Assembly: GCA_026396715.1 (NCBI GenBank)
Contig: JAPLWH010000026.1
Location: forward strand, 1-43,596
Reading direction: 5' to 3'
Length of the DNA stretch: 43,596 nt
DNA from: Candidatus Kaiserbacteria bacterium
GTDB taxonomy: Bacteria; Patescibacteriota; Minisyncoccia; Phycocordibacterales; Phycocordibacteraceae
The notes beneath the pieces were generated by a model that saw only the letters and a program-made list of their open reading frames with translations, did not search any database and was not told the origin of the DNA. Made by a program: the position numbers and the translations under genes. The stretch's first letter is position 1, and every line of letters begins with the position of its first letter. Positions 16,641 through 26,104 of this stretch are shown here, piece by piece.

Positions 16641-18044
16641 ATGCCCTTACAGACAAAAAAGACGAAAATAGTTGCTACGATTGGTCCGGCGACAGAGTCG
16701 CCGGAAATGCTTACCGCCCTCGTTGGGGCCGGCATGAATGTCGCACGCCTCAATTTGAGCCACGGCGACCACGCTGAGCACGGTGCTCGGATTATTAATG
16801 TTCGAAAAGTCGCAAAAGAGCTCGGAACGCCGATCGCGATCCTCTTCGACCTCTCCGGTCCGAAGATTCGCACCGGTTCCTACACTACCGACCGCATTAC
16901 GATCGAGGCCGGCCAGGAGCTCATTCTTACAAGCGAGGAGATTGTTGGTGACGCACATCGTTTTTATGTAAATTATCCGAAGCTCCCGCAGGAGGTCAAA
17001 GAAGGTTCCATCATCATGCTCGATGACGGCAAAAAGAAGCTTGTTGTGGAGCGTGTCGAGGGTACGGAGATACACTGCCGTATCGTCGTCGGTGGCGAAC
17101 TCAAGAGCCGTCGCGGCGTGAACGTGCCAGGCGCGTACCTCTCCATCTCGTGCATTACCGAGAAGGACCTGACCGATCTCGCCTTTGCCGTCGAGAATGA
17201 CGTCGACATGATTGCACTTTCCTTCGTCCGCCGAGCAGACGACGTGCTTCAGCTCAAAGCGCTTTTGCAAAAGGCAGGGAAGTCGATTCCAGTCATTGTG
17301 AAAATAGAGACGCAGGAGGCTATCGACAACATGTCGGAGATACTCGCGGTAGCCGATGGCGCGATGGTCGCGCGCGGTGACCTCGCGGTCGAAGTGCCGG
17401 CTGAGCAGGTGCCAGTCCTTCAGAAGCGCATCATCCGCGAAGCGAATGCGCTCGGGAAGCCAGTCATTACAGCAACGCAGATGCTCGAGTCGATGATACA
17501 GAGTCCCGTGCCGACTCGTGCGGAGGTGTCGGACATCGCAAATGCGATCTTCGATGGCACCGATGCGGTCATGCTTTCTGAGGAAAGCACCTTGGGGAAG
17601 TATCCGGTGGAAGCAGTCAAAATGATGACGCGTATCGCTGAGACTGTCGAGGCGAGCCTGCCGAAACCGGCAGTGGTAGTGATGAGTGCGGTCGATACGA
17701 TCAGCACTTCGTGTGTGGAGACAGCGGGGCATATTGGCGCCGCAGCCATCGTCACGCTTACCGAGTCAGGTGTTTCAGCGAAAATGATCGCGCGCTTCCG
17801 TCCGTGTTGCCCGATCATCGCGCTTTCTCCGAATCAGGCTACGGTTGAGCGTCTCACGCTCACTCGCGGTGTGTATCCGTTCCTCGCTGATGCAGGCAAG
17901 ACGACCGACGAGGTCATTGCATTCGTATCGAAATTCCTGTCTGATCAGAAACTCGCGAAATCAGGCGATAGTATCGTCATTACGGCAGGACTCAAGTTCG
18001 GCGTCGCTGGTTCGACGAACATGCTCTGCGTAATCACGCTTTAA
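16641..18044 (+). CDS. pyk: Pyruvate kinase
   Basis: KTKIVATIGP, ARLNLSHG, DLSGPKIR, IVKIE, MVARGDLAVE, TQMLESM, and DAVMLSEES. Confidence 0.97.
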   Translation: MPLQTKKTKIVATIGPATESPEMLTALVGAGMNVARLNLSHGDHAEHGARIINVRKVAKELGTPIAILFDLSGPKIRTGSYTTDRITIEAGQELILTSEEIVGDAHRFYVNYPKLPQEVKEGSIIMLDDGKKKLVVERVEGTEIHCRIVVGGELKSRRGVNVPGAYLSISCITEKDLTDLAFAVENDVDMIALSFVRRADDVLQLKALLQKAGKSIPVIVKIETQEAIDNMSEILAVADGAMVARGDLAVEVPAEQVPVLQKRIIREANALGKPVITATQMLESMIQSPVPTRAEVSDIANAIFDGTDAVMLSEESTLGKYPVEAVKMMTRIAETVEASLPKPAVVVMSAVDTISTSCVETAGHIGAAAIVTLTESGVSAKMIARFRPCCPIIALSPNQATVERLTLTRGVYPFLADAGKTTDEVIAFVSKFLSDQKLAKSGDSIVITAGLKFGVAGSTNMLCVITL

Positions 18045-18799
18045 TCTTTTGTAACGCCAGCCACTAGGGATTCGATGAGTCGCATCGTATCTTCGGGACT
18101 GGACACCGCGTGTGTTTGCGAAGCCGTCTTATAGACGGCTTCGTCGTTTCCACCCGCGCCGAGTTCGTCGCCGACGTAAAGCGCCTCAGACTCTTGGATG
18201 TCGAGGCGTTCGCAGAGTTTTCGGACGCCATAGGCTTTGTCGATACCGCGTTTTGTGACATCGATTGAGGTTGTGCCGCCGATGCTGACCAAAAACCCCG
18301 GTAACCGTTCGGCGATGTATTCGCGGAGCGCAGAGCGTTTCGTATGGGTCGGATCCCACGCTTTCTTTTCGTCGAGTGGTGCGCGCTGCCCGAGCGCGGA
18401 AAGCGTTACCTGTCCGCCGCGGTATTCGATGCGCTCTCCATAAGCGGGAACCGCAAAATCGATGAGTCCTGTTTCGGCGCCAGCCGCGCGCATCGCCGCT
18501 TCAATTGTGTACGCTTCTTTTTCCGATAGGCGTTCCTCGTATATTTTTTTCCAGTCGCCATTGTCATATGCGTAGAGCGCTGCACCGCTCGTCGGAAGAA
18601 GGTAGAGATGTGCGAGGTTTGCTCCGCGCGGGAGTTCCGTGACTGCCTGCGAGAGGAATTGCGGCAAAGCGCCGCCGGAGATAATCGCGACGCGCGTAGC
18701 AGCGAGAAGCTGTGTGAGAAGTGTCGCCATCTCAGTCGTAATCGGCTGCTTGCTTTCAGTAAGCGTACCGTCGAGATCGAACATGATGAGCGTAATCAT
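18041..18799 (-). CDS. HAD-IIB hydrolase, eukaryote-type phosphomannomutase-like
   Basis: FDLDGTL, ISGG, IEYRGGQVT, IGGTTSIDVT..GIDKAYG, and YVGDEL..GGND. Confidence 0.82.
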   Translation of the reverse strand: MITLIMFDLDGTLTESKQPITTEMATLLTQLLAATRVAIISGGALPQFLSQAVTELPRGANLAHLYLLPTSGAALYAYDNGDWKKIYEERLSEKEAYTIEAAMRAAGAETGLIDFAVPAYGERIEYRGGQVTLSALGQRAPLDEKKAWDPTHTKRSALREYIAERLPGFLVSIGGTTSIDVTKRGIDKAYGVRKLCERLDIQESEALYVGDELGAGGNDEAVYKTASQTHAVSSPEDTMRLIESLVAGVTKD

Positions 18800-18808
18800 A
18801 CTGATTAC

Positions 18809-18915
18809 GCGAGCGGCAGTGCAATTTCAGAGTACAGCGTGATTTTCTGCTGAAAATCCGCTTCGCTCTCGCGCCGTCGCGCTGCGAGAGCCTCTGAAAT
18901 TGCACTGCCGCTCGC
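18809..18915. repeat. 107-bp Y-shaped inverted-repeat element (24-bp perfect outer stem, two inner hairpins)
   Basis: 18809-18832 is the exact reverse complement of 18892-18915. Inner stems are GATTTTC/GAAAATC (18841-18858) and GCTCTCGC/GCGAGAGC (18865-18891). Confidence 0.85.
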
Positions 18916-18962
18916 TGCATAGTTTGCGAGAACCTTATATTTTCTTAGTCGTGTGCCTCGAG

Positions 18963-20900
18963 TCATGAAAGAGCTTCAACGATATGCGCGAGTGATGCGG
19001 TCGCGACGCCGATGACCTTGTCGGCTGCGCCATAGTAGAGGAAGAGCGTATCGCCGCCTGTCCCGAGCGGAGTCGAGGGGCGGACGACCGTGCCGCAGGA
19101 GAAGACGACGTTCGCGACCTCGCCTTCTTGCTCATACTTTTCCAACGGTTCGAAGATCGGGTCGGCAGTGCGGGCGAGGACTACGGTGCCGGATGGGTCG
19201 ATGAGCGCGGCGCCGAGGCGGTACTTGCTGTGGCGCGAGACGCCGTGGTAGATCATGAGCCAGTTATCGCCGATTCTGATCGGCGGCGCCGCGACGCCAA
19301 CTTTTGCTCCGTCCCACATGCCGCGGCGTGGCGTCATGATCTCAATGCAGCGACTCGCGCGTTTCCCCGAGATGAGGTCGGGTAAGAGGTCGGCGCAGAT
19401 CTGGTTATTGATGCGATGGTAGAGTAGATAGTTCCCATCAATTTTTTCAGGCAGGAGCGCGAGATCTTTATCATCCACGTTTTCGAGGGTCAACAGAAAG
19501 GGTGTGCTCCAGCGATCGAATCGCCGCGCGAGGAAATCATCGACGCGTATCGATGAGATCGCGCCGGAGGGCGCACGGACGCCGTCGTAGGCCGTGTAGG
19601 TCATGTACAGTGTGTCGCCGATGCGCACGATGCGCGGATCTTCGCAGCCGGAGTTACCGGTGGGAGTGCCGCGCTTCATTTCAAAGCTTTCGCGCGGCGC
19701 ATAGATAGGTTCCGGCAGGCGTTCGTCGATGGATACGCCATCTTTTGAGATAGCGAGGCCGATGGTCGACGTGTTCAGTGCGTCCATCGCGCGATACAGG
19801 ATGTATATCGTTCCTTCGAGCTCGATTGTTGCGGCATTGAAGACACTCTGGCTTTCAAAGCCCGTGCCTCGCGGCGTAAGGATCGGATTCTGTGTCGCGC
19901 GCGTGAAGGTGCGGGCGATTTGTTTTGGGTCGAGTGCGCGCAAGAGGTCGGACCGCTTCACATTTGCTTTGGCGCATACGGTATCCGCCCCACCATACCA
20001 AATCTCAAATTGGTCAGCGTTTACGGTCACACTTGTTGGGAAGACGATGTGTGGCACGAGGCCGTACTCTTCGTAGATCTCTTGGGGCACGAGGATGGAT
20101 TCGGTGCGCGATATGAGTTTCTGCGGATTTTCGAGAGTAAGCAGTGCCGCTTCTACTGAGAAGATACGGTCGCGTTCATGGTAATAGTTCTGGATGTAGG
20201 AATAGACGAGTAGCCAGCCTGCGTCGGTCTTGAGTGGGGTGGCGCCGACCTCGATATGGTCACCGTCGTCACGTCGCAATTCATCGAGTGCGTGGTCGGC
20301 GAGATTATTGTGCCATTCGTGCCAGTATTCGGGATCGAAAAAGTCCTCGACTTGTTTGGCGCGTGCAAGTGCGATTGTCGGGCGCGGATGCTCCGCCGTC
20401 CAATCGGTGTGTGCGGTTAAAAGGAGGACGACATCACCGTTCACGCGTTCAGGGAAGAGTGTTGCGGCTTTCGCATTAAAGGGCGTGATGAGGTGCCGCT
20501 CGGTAAAAGCATCAGGCGCGTCGCCGACGGCGACGGCAACTTTTATATTGTCGGGACCGAACGGCCAGCCGCCGAGCGCGGTATAGAAACAGTACCAGCG
20601 GCCTTCAAAGAGGGTTACTCGTGGATCTTCGCAGCCGAACGTGTCCCAGGACTCTTTCGGCACGATGACCTGGCGCCGCGAGTGGAAATGTATGCCGTCT
20701 TCTGAAAATGCACTGCCGACACTCGAAAGTCCTGCTGTCGGCGTCTGAAGCGCATCCGGGTTTCCGAGTGCGCGATAAAACAGGTGCACGCCGTCTTTGG
20801 TGCGAACAACCGAAGGGTTAAATGTCGCAATCGATTCCCACGGGCGCTCGCGTTGCGGCGAGAGGAGCGGATTATGCGATTCTCGGCGGATGACGAACAT
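18963..20900 (-). CDS. Tandem two-domain GH130-like glycosidase/phosphorylase
   Basis: Two repeats of NP.L.P...WE....FN, GCEDPR, and VVFxxG...YYGxADxV. Confidence 0.85.
   Translation of the reverse strand: MFVIRRESHNPLLSPQRERPWESIATFNPSVVRTKDGVHLFYRALGNPDALQTPTAGLSSVGSAFSEDGIHFHSRRQVIVPKESWDTFGCEDPRVTLFEGRWYCFYTALGGWPFGPDNIKVAVAVGDAPDAFTERHLITPFNAKAATLFPERVNGDVVLLLTAHTDWTAEHPRPTIALARAKQVEDFFDPEYWHEWHNNLADHALDELRRDDGDHIEVGATPLKTDAGWLLVYSYIQNYYHERDRIFSVEAALLTLENPQKLISRTESILVPQEIYEEYGLVPHIVFPTSVTVNADQFEIWYGGADTVCAKANVKRSDLLRALDPKQIARTFTRATQNPILTPRGTGFESQSVFNAATIELEGTIYILYRAMDALNTSTIGLAISKDGVSIDERLPEPIYAPRESFEMKRGTPTGNSGCEDPRIVRIGDTLYMTYTAYDGVRAPSGAISSIRVDDFLARRFDRWSTPFLLTLENVDDKDLALLPEKIDGNYLLYHRINNQICADLLPDLISGKRASRCIEIMTPRRGMWDGAKVGVAAPPIRIGDNWLMIYHGVSRHSKYRLGAALIDPSGTVVLARTADPIFEPLEKYEQEGEVANVVFSCGTVVRPSTPLGTGGDTLFLYYGAADKVIGVATASLAHIVEALS
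19062..19079 (-). repeat. REP-like motif inside tandem GH130 gene
   Basis: CCCTCGACTCCGCTCGGG-ACAGG; peptide VVR-PSTPLGTG-GDTLF. Confidence 0.8.
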
Positions 20901-20903
20901 AGG

Positions 20904-22082
20904 TCAGGTCGTCCGCGTAGGGCTTATCGCGATAAGCGAAGGCTGGCTTCCCTCGACGAGGGCGTCGAGAAATGTTTCAAGCGGCGTGGTCGCGACGCAG
21001 ACGACCTTGTCCGCGCCGCCATAGTAGACGAAAAGCGTGTTATCGCCTGTCCCGAGCGTAGTCGAGGGACGCACGACGGCGCCGCAGGCGTAGACGATGC
21101 CCGGTTTGCCGTGATTCTCATAGCGCTCGTCGGGAGAGAGTACTGGCGCTGCGGCGCGATGAATCACCTTCGTCGGGTCATCGAGATCGAGCAGCATCGC
21201 GCCGAGCTTGTAGCGATTCGGCTCTTCCGGATCCATCGCGTGGTAGAAGACGAGCCAGCCGCGCGGGGTCTTGAGCGGCGGCGGGCCGGCGCTGCGCATC
21301 CGGTGATGCCAGGCGATTTGCGCGTCCGGCATCTGGTGCGGATCAGGGCTCGTGAATTTCATCTGCGCGAGCTCGGCGAGGTCGTCGGCGTATTCGATGC
21401 GCACGCGGGCGGCATCGTCGCCGATGATGCTGTGCAGGATGGCGAACTGCCCGCCAATCTTTTCGGGGAAGAGCACCCAGTTTTTATCTCGCGTACCGTG
21501 CGAGAGTATGATCGGACCTTCCCATCTATCGAAGCGCTTTGCAAGAAAATCTGCTTCGCTCATCGAGATGACGGCGACGCGAAGCATCCAATTCTCGAAC
21601 ATGTTGAAGGTAACGTATACACGCCCGTCGATCGCTACCATACGCGGGTCTTCACAGCCGCCCCAGCTGCCGCCCGAAGGGTACATGACGGGAGAGTAGT
21701 GCCGCAGATGAGCGGCGACCTTTTGCGGATTTCGTGCGACGTAAGCGGGATAGGGGGGTCGCTCATCAAAAACGAGGCCGTCCGGACTGCTCGCGTAGCC
21801 GAGCCGCGAGACGCCGTCCATGCCGATGGCGCGATACACGAGGTGCGTCCGGCCGCCGAGTACGGCGGCCGCCGGATTCAAGACCGCCTCCGCGGTCCAA
21901 GGATGAGTTCCCGGCTGGAGGATAGGGTTGTGTGCGGATTTTGAAAGCAGCAGACGTTCGAGATGCAGAATCTCGATAAGCTTCGTACGAATCGGTTTTG
22001 AAAATGCGGCACCAAGAACCGCTCCGATGACGAAGAAGGAAAAGAGCAGTGCGATGATGTTTACCGCGAAAGGGAAACTCAT
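20904..22082 (-). CDS. GH130-like glycosidase with N-terminal TM anchor
   Basis: N-terminal hydrophobic helix; AVLNPAA, GGCEDPR, KNWVLFPEKI, and YYGGADKV. Confidence 0.85.
   Translation of the reverse strand: MSFPFAVNIIALLFSFFVIGAVLGAAFSKPIRTKLIEILHLERLLLSKSAHNPILQPGTHPWTAEAVLNPAAAVLGGRTHLVYRAIGMDGVSRLGYASSPDGLVFDERPPYPAYVARNPQKVAAHLRHYSPVMYPSGGSWGGCEDPRMVAIDGRVYVTFNMFENWMLRVAVISMSEADFLAKRFDRWEGPIILSHGTRDKNWVLFPEKIGGQFAILHSIIGDDAARVRIEYADDLAELAQMKFTSPDPHQMPDAQIAWHHRMRSAGPPPLKTPRGWLVFYHAMDPEEPNRYKLGAMLLDLDDPTKVIHRAAAPVLSPDERYENHGKPGIVYACGAVVRPSTTLGTGDNTLFVYYGGADKVVCVATTPLETFLDALVEGSQPSLIAISPTRTT
21051..21068 (-). repeat. REP-like motif inside single GH130 gene
   Basis: CCCTCGACTACGCTCGGG-ACAGG; peptide VVR-PSTTLGTG-DNTLF. 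Confidence 0.8.
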
Positions 22083-22162
22083 AAAAATATACTTCTCTAC
22101 AATACCATCTGTGCGCCGCGTATGATGGCGCGCTATCCGCCAGGTGTTGGCAAAGAACTTCG

Positions 22163-23938
22163 TCAGGTGCGCGGGTTCAATGCTGCACGAAGCGCATTCA
22201 GAATGACCGCCACATCGATGCCTTCTTGAAGAATGGCTCCTTCGACTGGCGGTATGAAGCCGAATGCGGCGAAGAGCATGCCAACCGTGGAGAGGCCGAT
22301 GCCCGCATAGACGCTTTCGCCCGCGATGCGCACCGAGCGTTTCGCGAGAGTGAAAAGCTCGTGGATGAGGGCGACATCGTGCCCGAGGATGGCGACGTCT
22401 GCCGCTTCGATTGAGGCGCTGTTCTCGGTTCCGGAGAAGACGATCCCGACGTCCGCTCGTGCGAGCGCAGGCGCATCATTCAGTCCGTCGCCCACCATCG
22501 CGACCGTTTCGCCGCGCTGTCGCGCGGCGTCTACGATGCGGTACTTTTCCTCGGGCGTGCAGTCGGCGCAGATGTCGAGAGCAAGCCCGGCGAAGACGGC
22601 CTCGGCATGTTCCTTCCTATCGCCGGTCAGCACCGCGACTTTGAAGCCGTTGTGCGCGAGATCGGTCAAGAATTTCTTCGCATTCTCTTTGAGCACGTCG
22701 GCGAAGTGAAATGTCGCGACCGGATTTCCGTCTTCTGTGAGAAGAAGCGAGATGCCGCCCTCCTTATGATGCTCCTCGGGTGCTTGCTTGAGGGAGATGA
22801 AATGTCCGTCGACTCTGCCGTCGATACCGCTCCCGAGGACTTCCTTCACGTCGTATGCGGGCGCAGGAGTGAAATTATGCTTTTGTGCTGCATTGATGAC
22901 GGCGCGCGCGAGCGGATGGATGGAGTGGAACTCGAGCGCGGCCGCGAGTGAGAGCGCTTGAATCTCATGCATATTCGTAGCTAGCATCGTGATGCTGGTG
23001 AGCTCCGGCGCTCCGAGAGTCAGGGTGCCGGTCTTGTCGAAGAATATGGTCGTTACTCGGGCGATCGTCTCGAGCGCCGTCGGCGTCTTCACGATGATGT
23101 TCCGACCCGCCGCGCGCGAAAGACCGCCGATGAAGGCGACGGGCGCCGCGATGATGAGCGGGCAGGGCGTCGCGATGACGAGCACGGCGAGTACGCGCCC
23201 AACGTCGCCGGTCAGAAGGTATGCGGCGCCCGAGATGCCGAGCGTGAGAAACGTGAACGGCAGATTTGCCGCGGCCGTGAGGCGCACGAAGGGTGCTTGG
23301 TCGAGTTCGGCATTCCGTACGAGGTCGATAATTTTCGCATAGGTCGAGGTCGCGAGCGTTCCCGAAACGACAATTTCGAATGCTTCGCCGGCATTCACGC
23401 TCCCGCTTTTGACGACCGCCCCTTCCGCGATTGTTTCGGGGAGCGGTTCCCCGGTAAGGTTTGCGAGATTGAGCACTGCGCGCATTGAGGAGAGGATTCC
23501 GTCGAGTGGCACCAGTTCGCCGCCACGCACGACGATTATCGCGCCGGTCGGGACGGCGGTAAGCGGCATCTCCTCAGTGTCTGATCCATGCTTCACGAGC
23601 GCCGTTTTCGGGATGCGGGCAAGGAGTGCTGCGAGCGAAGCTTCCGCACGACGCGACGCATAGGCTTCGAGAGCTTCGCCACCGGCGTACATGAGCGCAA
23701 TGACGGCTCCGGCGAGGTATTCGTGAGTGAAAGCCGCAAGTGCCATCGCGAGAAAGGCGATGTAGTCGAGCGAGCCGCTACCGGTCCGGATCCGGTGATA
23801 AGTCGCGATACCTACTTCAAGGATACCGATGCCTATCGCGAGAAGGTAGAAGGTAGGAATCGAGCTCAGGAGGGCTACAATGAGCAAAAGGGCGATCGTG
23901 CCCGGACGTATGAGAATCGTGACGTCTAAATAGCGCAT
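22163..23938 (-). CDS. Heavy-metal P1B-type ATPase, P1B-5-like
   Basis: TGE, IATPCPLIIA (PCP), DKTGTLT, HP, GDGLNDAPALA, and C-terminal QEGID. Confidence 0.88.
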   Translation of the reverse strand: MRYLDVTILIRPGTIALLLIVALLSSIPTFYLLAIGIGILEVGIATYHRIRTGSGSLDYIAFLAMALAAFTHEYLAGAVIALMYAGGEALEAYASRRAEASLAALLARIPKTALVKHGSDTEEMPLTAVPTGAIIVVRGGELVPLDGILSSMRAVLNLANLTGEPLPETIAEGAVVKSGSVNAGEAFEIVVSGTLATSTYAKIIDLVRNAELDQAPFVRLTAAANLPFTFLTLGISGAAYLLTGDVGRVLAVLVIATPCPLIIAAPVAFIGGLSRAAGRNIIVKTPTALETIARVTTIFFDKTGTLTLGAPELTSITMLATNMHEIQALSLAAALEFHSIHPLARAVINAAQKHNFTPAPAYDVKEVLGSGIDGRVDGHFISLKQAPEEHHKEGGISLLLTEDGNPVATFHFADVLKENAKKFLTDLAHNGFKVAVLTGDRKEHAEAVFAGLALDICADCTPEEKYRIVDAARQRGETVAMVGDGLNDAPALARADVGIVFSGTENSASIEAADVAILGHDVALIHELFTLAKRSVRIAGESVYAGIGLSTVGMLFAAFGFIPPVEGAILQEGIDVAVILNALRAALNPRT

Positions 23939-23980
23939 GAATCTTGGTTCTTTCCATGGTAGCACAGGCTCATAAGACCT

Positions 23981-24010
23981 ATTGACAGGATATTGTCAAT
24001 GTGCTAGTAT
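23981..24010. promoter_or_regulatory. Palindrome ATTGACA-N6-TGTCAAT overlapping a -35 box between divergent genes
   Basis: Arms 23981-23987 and 23994-24000; TTGACA, 17 nt, TAGTAT (24005-24010) on the + strand. Confidence 0.55.
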
Positions 24011-24055
24011 AGACCTTAACGAGGCAGTTAAACGCTGTTTCGGTAACTAAACCAA

Positions 24056-24622
24056 ATGATCACATTAGGAGCCCTTATGGGCTTTTTGCTTTTATCTGGG
24101 GGAGCGTACGTATCCGTACCGATGTCTGCACACCTGCAGGAAGCGGTATCGGTACCGAGCTATATCGTTACCCTTACTGCCTACAATGCAGTGCCTGAGC
24201 AGACCGACGCCGATCCGTTTACGACCGCTTCTGGCGCGTACTCGAATCCCGAGGTTGTTGCGGCACGTTCCGGAAATCTTGCTGATGAGTTGCCATTCGG
24301 CACCATTATCGAGCTTGATGGTTCAAATCTTACGTCGGACGGTACGTGCGGCTACAGCGTCGTCGCGCATCGCATCGGGTATCGCGTCATCGCGGATACC
24401 ATGAATGCGCGCTTCACTGACCGTATCGACGTGTTGTTCGATACGACAGCGAGCTACTCGACGACCGACAAAGGTATGAAAAATGCGGCCGAGATACTTG
24501 GCATCTGCAAAGGCATCTCCGTCCGCGTCGTGGGGCATGTCGCTCAGAATCATATTCCGAAGACGCAGCTCGAACTCGCGAGACTCGTTAAGGGCGGCAC
24601 CAGCGCTCTCGCGCTCAAATAA
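24056..24622 (+). CDS. 3D-domain (MltA-like) secreted protein
   Basis: VTLTAYNAVPEQTDADPFTTASG, VVAARS, and ADTMNARFTDRIDVL. Confidence 0.8.
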   Translation: MITLGALMGFLLLSGGAYVSVPMSAHLQEAVSVPSYIVTLTAYNAVPEQTDADPFTTASGAYSNPEVVAARSGNLADELPFGTIIELDGSNLTSDGTCGYSVVAHRIGYRVIADTMNARFTDRIDVLFDTTASYSTTDKGMKNAAEILGICKGISVRVVGHVAQNHIPKTQLELARLVKGGTSALALK

Positions 24623-24643
24623 GCCCGTAGGAACGGGCTTATT
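24618..24643 (+). terminator. Terminator hairpin after the 3D-domain gene
   Basis: AATAAGCCCGT-AGGA-ACGGGCTTATT, 11-bp perfect stem at the stop codon. Confidence 0.65.
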
Positions 24644-24670
24644 CTCAGCGCTCGTTCGGTAGTAACTCCA

Positions 24671-24710
24671 CAGAAAAACGCGCGCCGCTTTTGCGGCGCG
24701 CGTTTTTCTG
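24671..24710. terminator. 18-bp perfect hairpin (terminator/REP-like)
   Basis: CAGAAAAACGCGCGCCGC-TTTT-GCGGCGCGCGTTTTTCTG. Confidence 0.7.
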
Positions 24711-24728
24711 TACTGTATCCTTATATAT

Positions 24729-25388
24729 ATGTATGCAAAACGACTTTCTCGCACGACATCAGGACTGACGACGGCTGAGTATCGCGTGCTCACGCAGCTT
24801 ACGACCCCGATCAAGATTCAAGATTTCCTCGATGCTGTTCCGTTTAATTTTGAAAAAAAGGGTGACACGCACATGTCCCCGCGTCGCGTACTTCGTGAGA
24901 ACAAAGCGCATTGTATCGAGGGAGCGCTTTTTGCTGCTACCGCACTCTGGCTCGTGGGGGAGCCGCCGCTCATCATGAATGTCTCAGCACGGATGGGAAA
25001 GGGGGATGTCGATCACGTTATTGCACTCTATAAGCGCGGCGGGTACTGGGGCGCCACGAGCAAGACGAATCACTCGACTATTCGTTTCCGTGACCCGATC
25101 TACCGTACGCCGCGCGAGCTCGCGCTTTCGTATTTTCACGAATGGTTCCTGAACGAGACCGGAGAGAAAACACTCGAATGTTACTCAAAGCCGCTCGATA
25201 TGCGACGGTTCGGCACTGAGTGGGTCACGGCAGAAAAGGACTTGTGGCATATCGCTGATGCGCTCAGCGTCTTGCCGCATTACCAGCTCGTGCCGAAGGG
25301 GAATCTGCGGTACGTGCGCAAAGCCGATGCGATGGAACTTAAAGCCGGGAAGCTCATCGAGTGGCAAAAAACTGACCCACGGACGTAA
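24729..25388 (+). CDS. Conserved hypothetical protein, transglutaminase/papain-like Cys-His-Asp fold suspected
   Basis: KAHCIEGALFAA...GDVDHVIALY...WGATSKTNH. Confidence 0.7.
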   Translation: MYAKRLSRTTSGLTTAEYRVLTQLTTPIKIQDFLDAVPFNFEKKGDTHMSPRRVLRENKAHCIEGALFAATALWLVGEPPLIMNVSARMGKGDVDHVIALYKRGGYWGATSKTNHSTIRFRDPIYRTPRELALSYFHEWFLNETGEKTLECYSKPLDMRRFGTEWVTAEKDLWHIADALSVLPHYQLVPKGNLRYVRKADAMELKAGKLIEWQKTDPRT

Positions 25389-25831
25389 TGTTTAGCGCGG
25401 GATTGGAAGTCATGGTATACAAACATGACGATATACTTATGGAAAAAAGTAAGCTTGGGGAAGGGGTTCGGGTAGGTAGATCGAGCGCCGGGCTCGGTCT
25501 TTTTGCTACGCGTCCCTTCAAGAAAGGTGAGCGCATCATCGAGTACGTCGGGCGGACGATTTCAGCTGCCGAAGCGTATACGAGCCGCAGTAAGTACCTC
25601 TTCGAGGTCAATGCGCGCCGGACGATTGACGGCACGGTGCGTACGAATGTCGCGCGATACATCAATCACTCCTGCCGCCCGAACTGTGAGCCGGAGATAG
25701 AGCGTGGGCGTATTTTTATCGATGCGCGCAAGGGTATCAAAGTGGGCGAAGAGCTTTCGTATGATTATGGCGAGGAGTATTTTAACGAACATATCCGGCC
25801 GTTCGGTTGTCGGTGCGCGAAGAAGCACTAA
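25388..25831 (+). CDS. SET-domain protein
   Basis: GLGLFA, IIEYVG, ARYINHSCRPN, ELSYDYG, and post-SET CRC. Confidence 0.9.
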   Translation: MFSAGLEVMVYKHDDILMEKSKLGEGVRVGRSSAGLGLFATRPFKKGERIIEYVGRTISAAEAYTSRSKYLFEVNARRTIDGTVRTNVARYINHSCRPNCEPEIERGRIFIDARKGIKVGEELSYDYGEEYFNEHIRPFGCRCAKKH

Positions 25832-25838
25832 AGGGGTG

Positions 25839-25883
25839 CGCAACAAAAAACGCCCGGGCAAAGCCCGGGCGTTTTTTGTTGCG
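25839..25883. terminator. Bidirectional terminator between SET and cold-shock genes
   Basis: Perfect 21-bp stem with A/T tracts on both sides. Confidence 0.85.
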
Positions 25884-25894
25884 TGATCTAAGTA

Positions 25895-26104
25895 TTAGAT
25901 CTTGCTGACGTTGAGGGCGTTCGGGCCTTTTGGGCTGTCGCCGATCTCAAACGAGACCTTGTCTCCCTCCTGGAGCTCATCGAACGAAACGTTCCTGAGC
26001 TCGTTGGAATGGAAGAAAAGATCCTTTGCGCCTGCCTGTGTGCCGTCGACTTTGATAAAGCCGAAGCCCTTCTCGTTCTTCTTGATTACTGTGCCGTTTT
26101 GCAT
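25895..26104 (-). CDS. Cold-shock protein (CSD)
   Basis: KGFGFI, DLFFH, and V.FEI..SPKGPNA.NV. Confidence 0.93.
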   Translation of the reverse strand: MQNGTVIKKNEKGFGFIKVDGTQAGAKDLFFHSNELRNVSFDELQEGDKVSFEIGDSPKGPNALNVSKI

